A stretch of DNA of 64,000 nucleotides from Eledone cirrhosa (lineage: Eukaryota), in NCBI GenBank assembly GCA_964016885.1, contig OZ024741.1, forward strand, positions 221,092,001-221,156,000, read 5' to 3'. The position numbers and the translations under genes are program-made. A model generated the notes under the pieces. The model was not told where the DNA came from. It saw only the letters and a list, made by a program, of their open reading frames with translations, and did not search any database. Positions 62,827 through 64,000 of the stretch are shown here, piece by piece. Within the stretch, counting starts at the first letter, position 1. Each line of letters starts with the position of its first letter.

Positions 62827-63171
62827 CACCTGTAGTTTATTAGATTAACAATTTGTCTGATCTCTCCCTCACACACTCTCTCACTCTCATACACTTACAA
62901 TCTGTCTACTTATCTCTTTATACACACACACACCTGTCTGAGTGCTACATGTTTGGTTGATTGTTTATGGCTAACGAAAAATGATCGATTAGTCTTGTCT
63001 GTCTCCCTTTAATTTTACCAAAGTTATTCTCTTTGATCTTCACTTCCTCTCTCTCCCGCTCTCTCCCTCTCTCTCACTCTCCCTACCTCTTCTCCTCACT
63101 CTCCCTCCCACAAAACCAATATCAAGAAGAGTGTTTTTAGTAACAATACCAGAAGCTAATGATAGGAATAC

Positions 63172-63240
63172 ATTGTTTCTACTTTAGGCACAAGGCCAAC
63201 AATTTTCGGTGGCTGCGGGTATTGATTAAATCTACCCGAG
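63172..63240 (-). mobile_element. SINE 3' tail fragment
   Basis: ttgtttctactttaggcacaaggccaacaatttt is the reverse complement of the SINE tail. Confidence 0.6.
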
Positions 63241-63334
63241 CAGGGTGGAACTTTCACCTCTAGAGGCCCTAAACTATATGAAATTTGAGGTCCTTCTTTA
63301 AAAAAAAAAATAATTATACATAATAAAAAGCGCA

Positions 63335-64000
63335 TAGCACTGTAAAGTGCTCGTGATGGCGTCACGGCAAAAACCACCTGGTCCACACTGTAAAGTAGTC
63401 GTTTTGCTGACACTATACAAAGGACCCAGTCCACACTGTAAAGTGGTTGCGCTGGTGTCACCACAAAAAGCACCCGGTCCACACTGTAAAGTACTCGTGA
63501 TGGCGACACGGCAAAAAGCACCCAGTCCAAACTGTAAAGTTCTCGTTTTGGTGACACGATACAAAGGACCCAGTCCACACTGTAAAGTGGTCGTGTAGGT
63601 TTCACGACAAAAAGCACCCAGTACACAATGTGTTTGTGCTGGTGTCACGACACAATGTGTTTGTGCTGGTGTCACGACACAAAGCACCAAGTCCACACTG
63701 TAAAGTGGTTGTGCTGGTGTCCCGTAAAAAGCACCCAGTTCACAGTGTCAAGTAGTTGTGCAGGTGTCACGGCAAAAAGCACCCAGTCCACACTGTAAAG
63801 TGGTTGTGCTGGTGTCACGACAAAAAGCACTCAGTTCACACTGTAAAGTGGTCGTTTTGGTGACAAGACAAAAAGCACTCAGCCCACACTGTAAAGTGGT
63901 TGTGCTGGTGTCACGACAAAAAGCACCCAAGCCACATGGTAAAGTGATTTTACTGGTGTCACGCCAAAAAGCACACAGTCCATACTGTAATGAAGTTGTG
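63335..64000. repeat. 48-bp tandem repeat running off the window end
   Basis: The ctgtaaagt anchor recurs every 48 bp (units at 63384, 63432, 63480, 63528, 63576). Confidence 0.9.

Noticed and set aside
63335-64000. CRISPR-like look of constant plus variable blocks
   Set aside because: The variable parts are homologous to each other, the context is eukaryotic and there are no cas genes. It is an ordinary diverged minisatellite.

Overview
Animal genomic DNA, most likely an octopus (coleoid cephalopod), inferred from the tRNA-derived SINE families and the extreme microsatellite load. The only clear host coding sequence is one giant internal exon (3838-8296, + strand, 4459 nt) of a Syd-1/RhoGAP100F-type gene. 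It encodes a conserved PDZ domain embedded in long homopolymer tracts. The rest appears to be intron (>55 kb with no convincing downstream exon). It contains a ~24 kb 53-bp satellite with multi-kb higher-order structure, several minisatellites, SINEs, MITEs and LINE fragments (Tx1/L1, R4/Dong-type, RTE, Penelope-like GIY-YIG). Nearly all long ORFs in the supplied track are repeat artefacts. The most striking signal is about ten type I hammerhead ribozyme motifs on both strands (8.9, 19.5, 19.9, 20.8, 50.3, 52.1, 58.0, 59.9, 60.2 and 61.9 kb). They mostly sit in short Penelope-derived pieces next to (TA)n tracts and carry different, mostly palindromic, stem III sequences. Retroelement families also appear to partition by microsatellite type: (TA)n, (TATC)n and (TACA)n. 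All calls were made by eye with no database searches.
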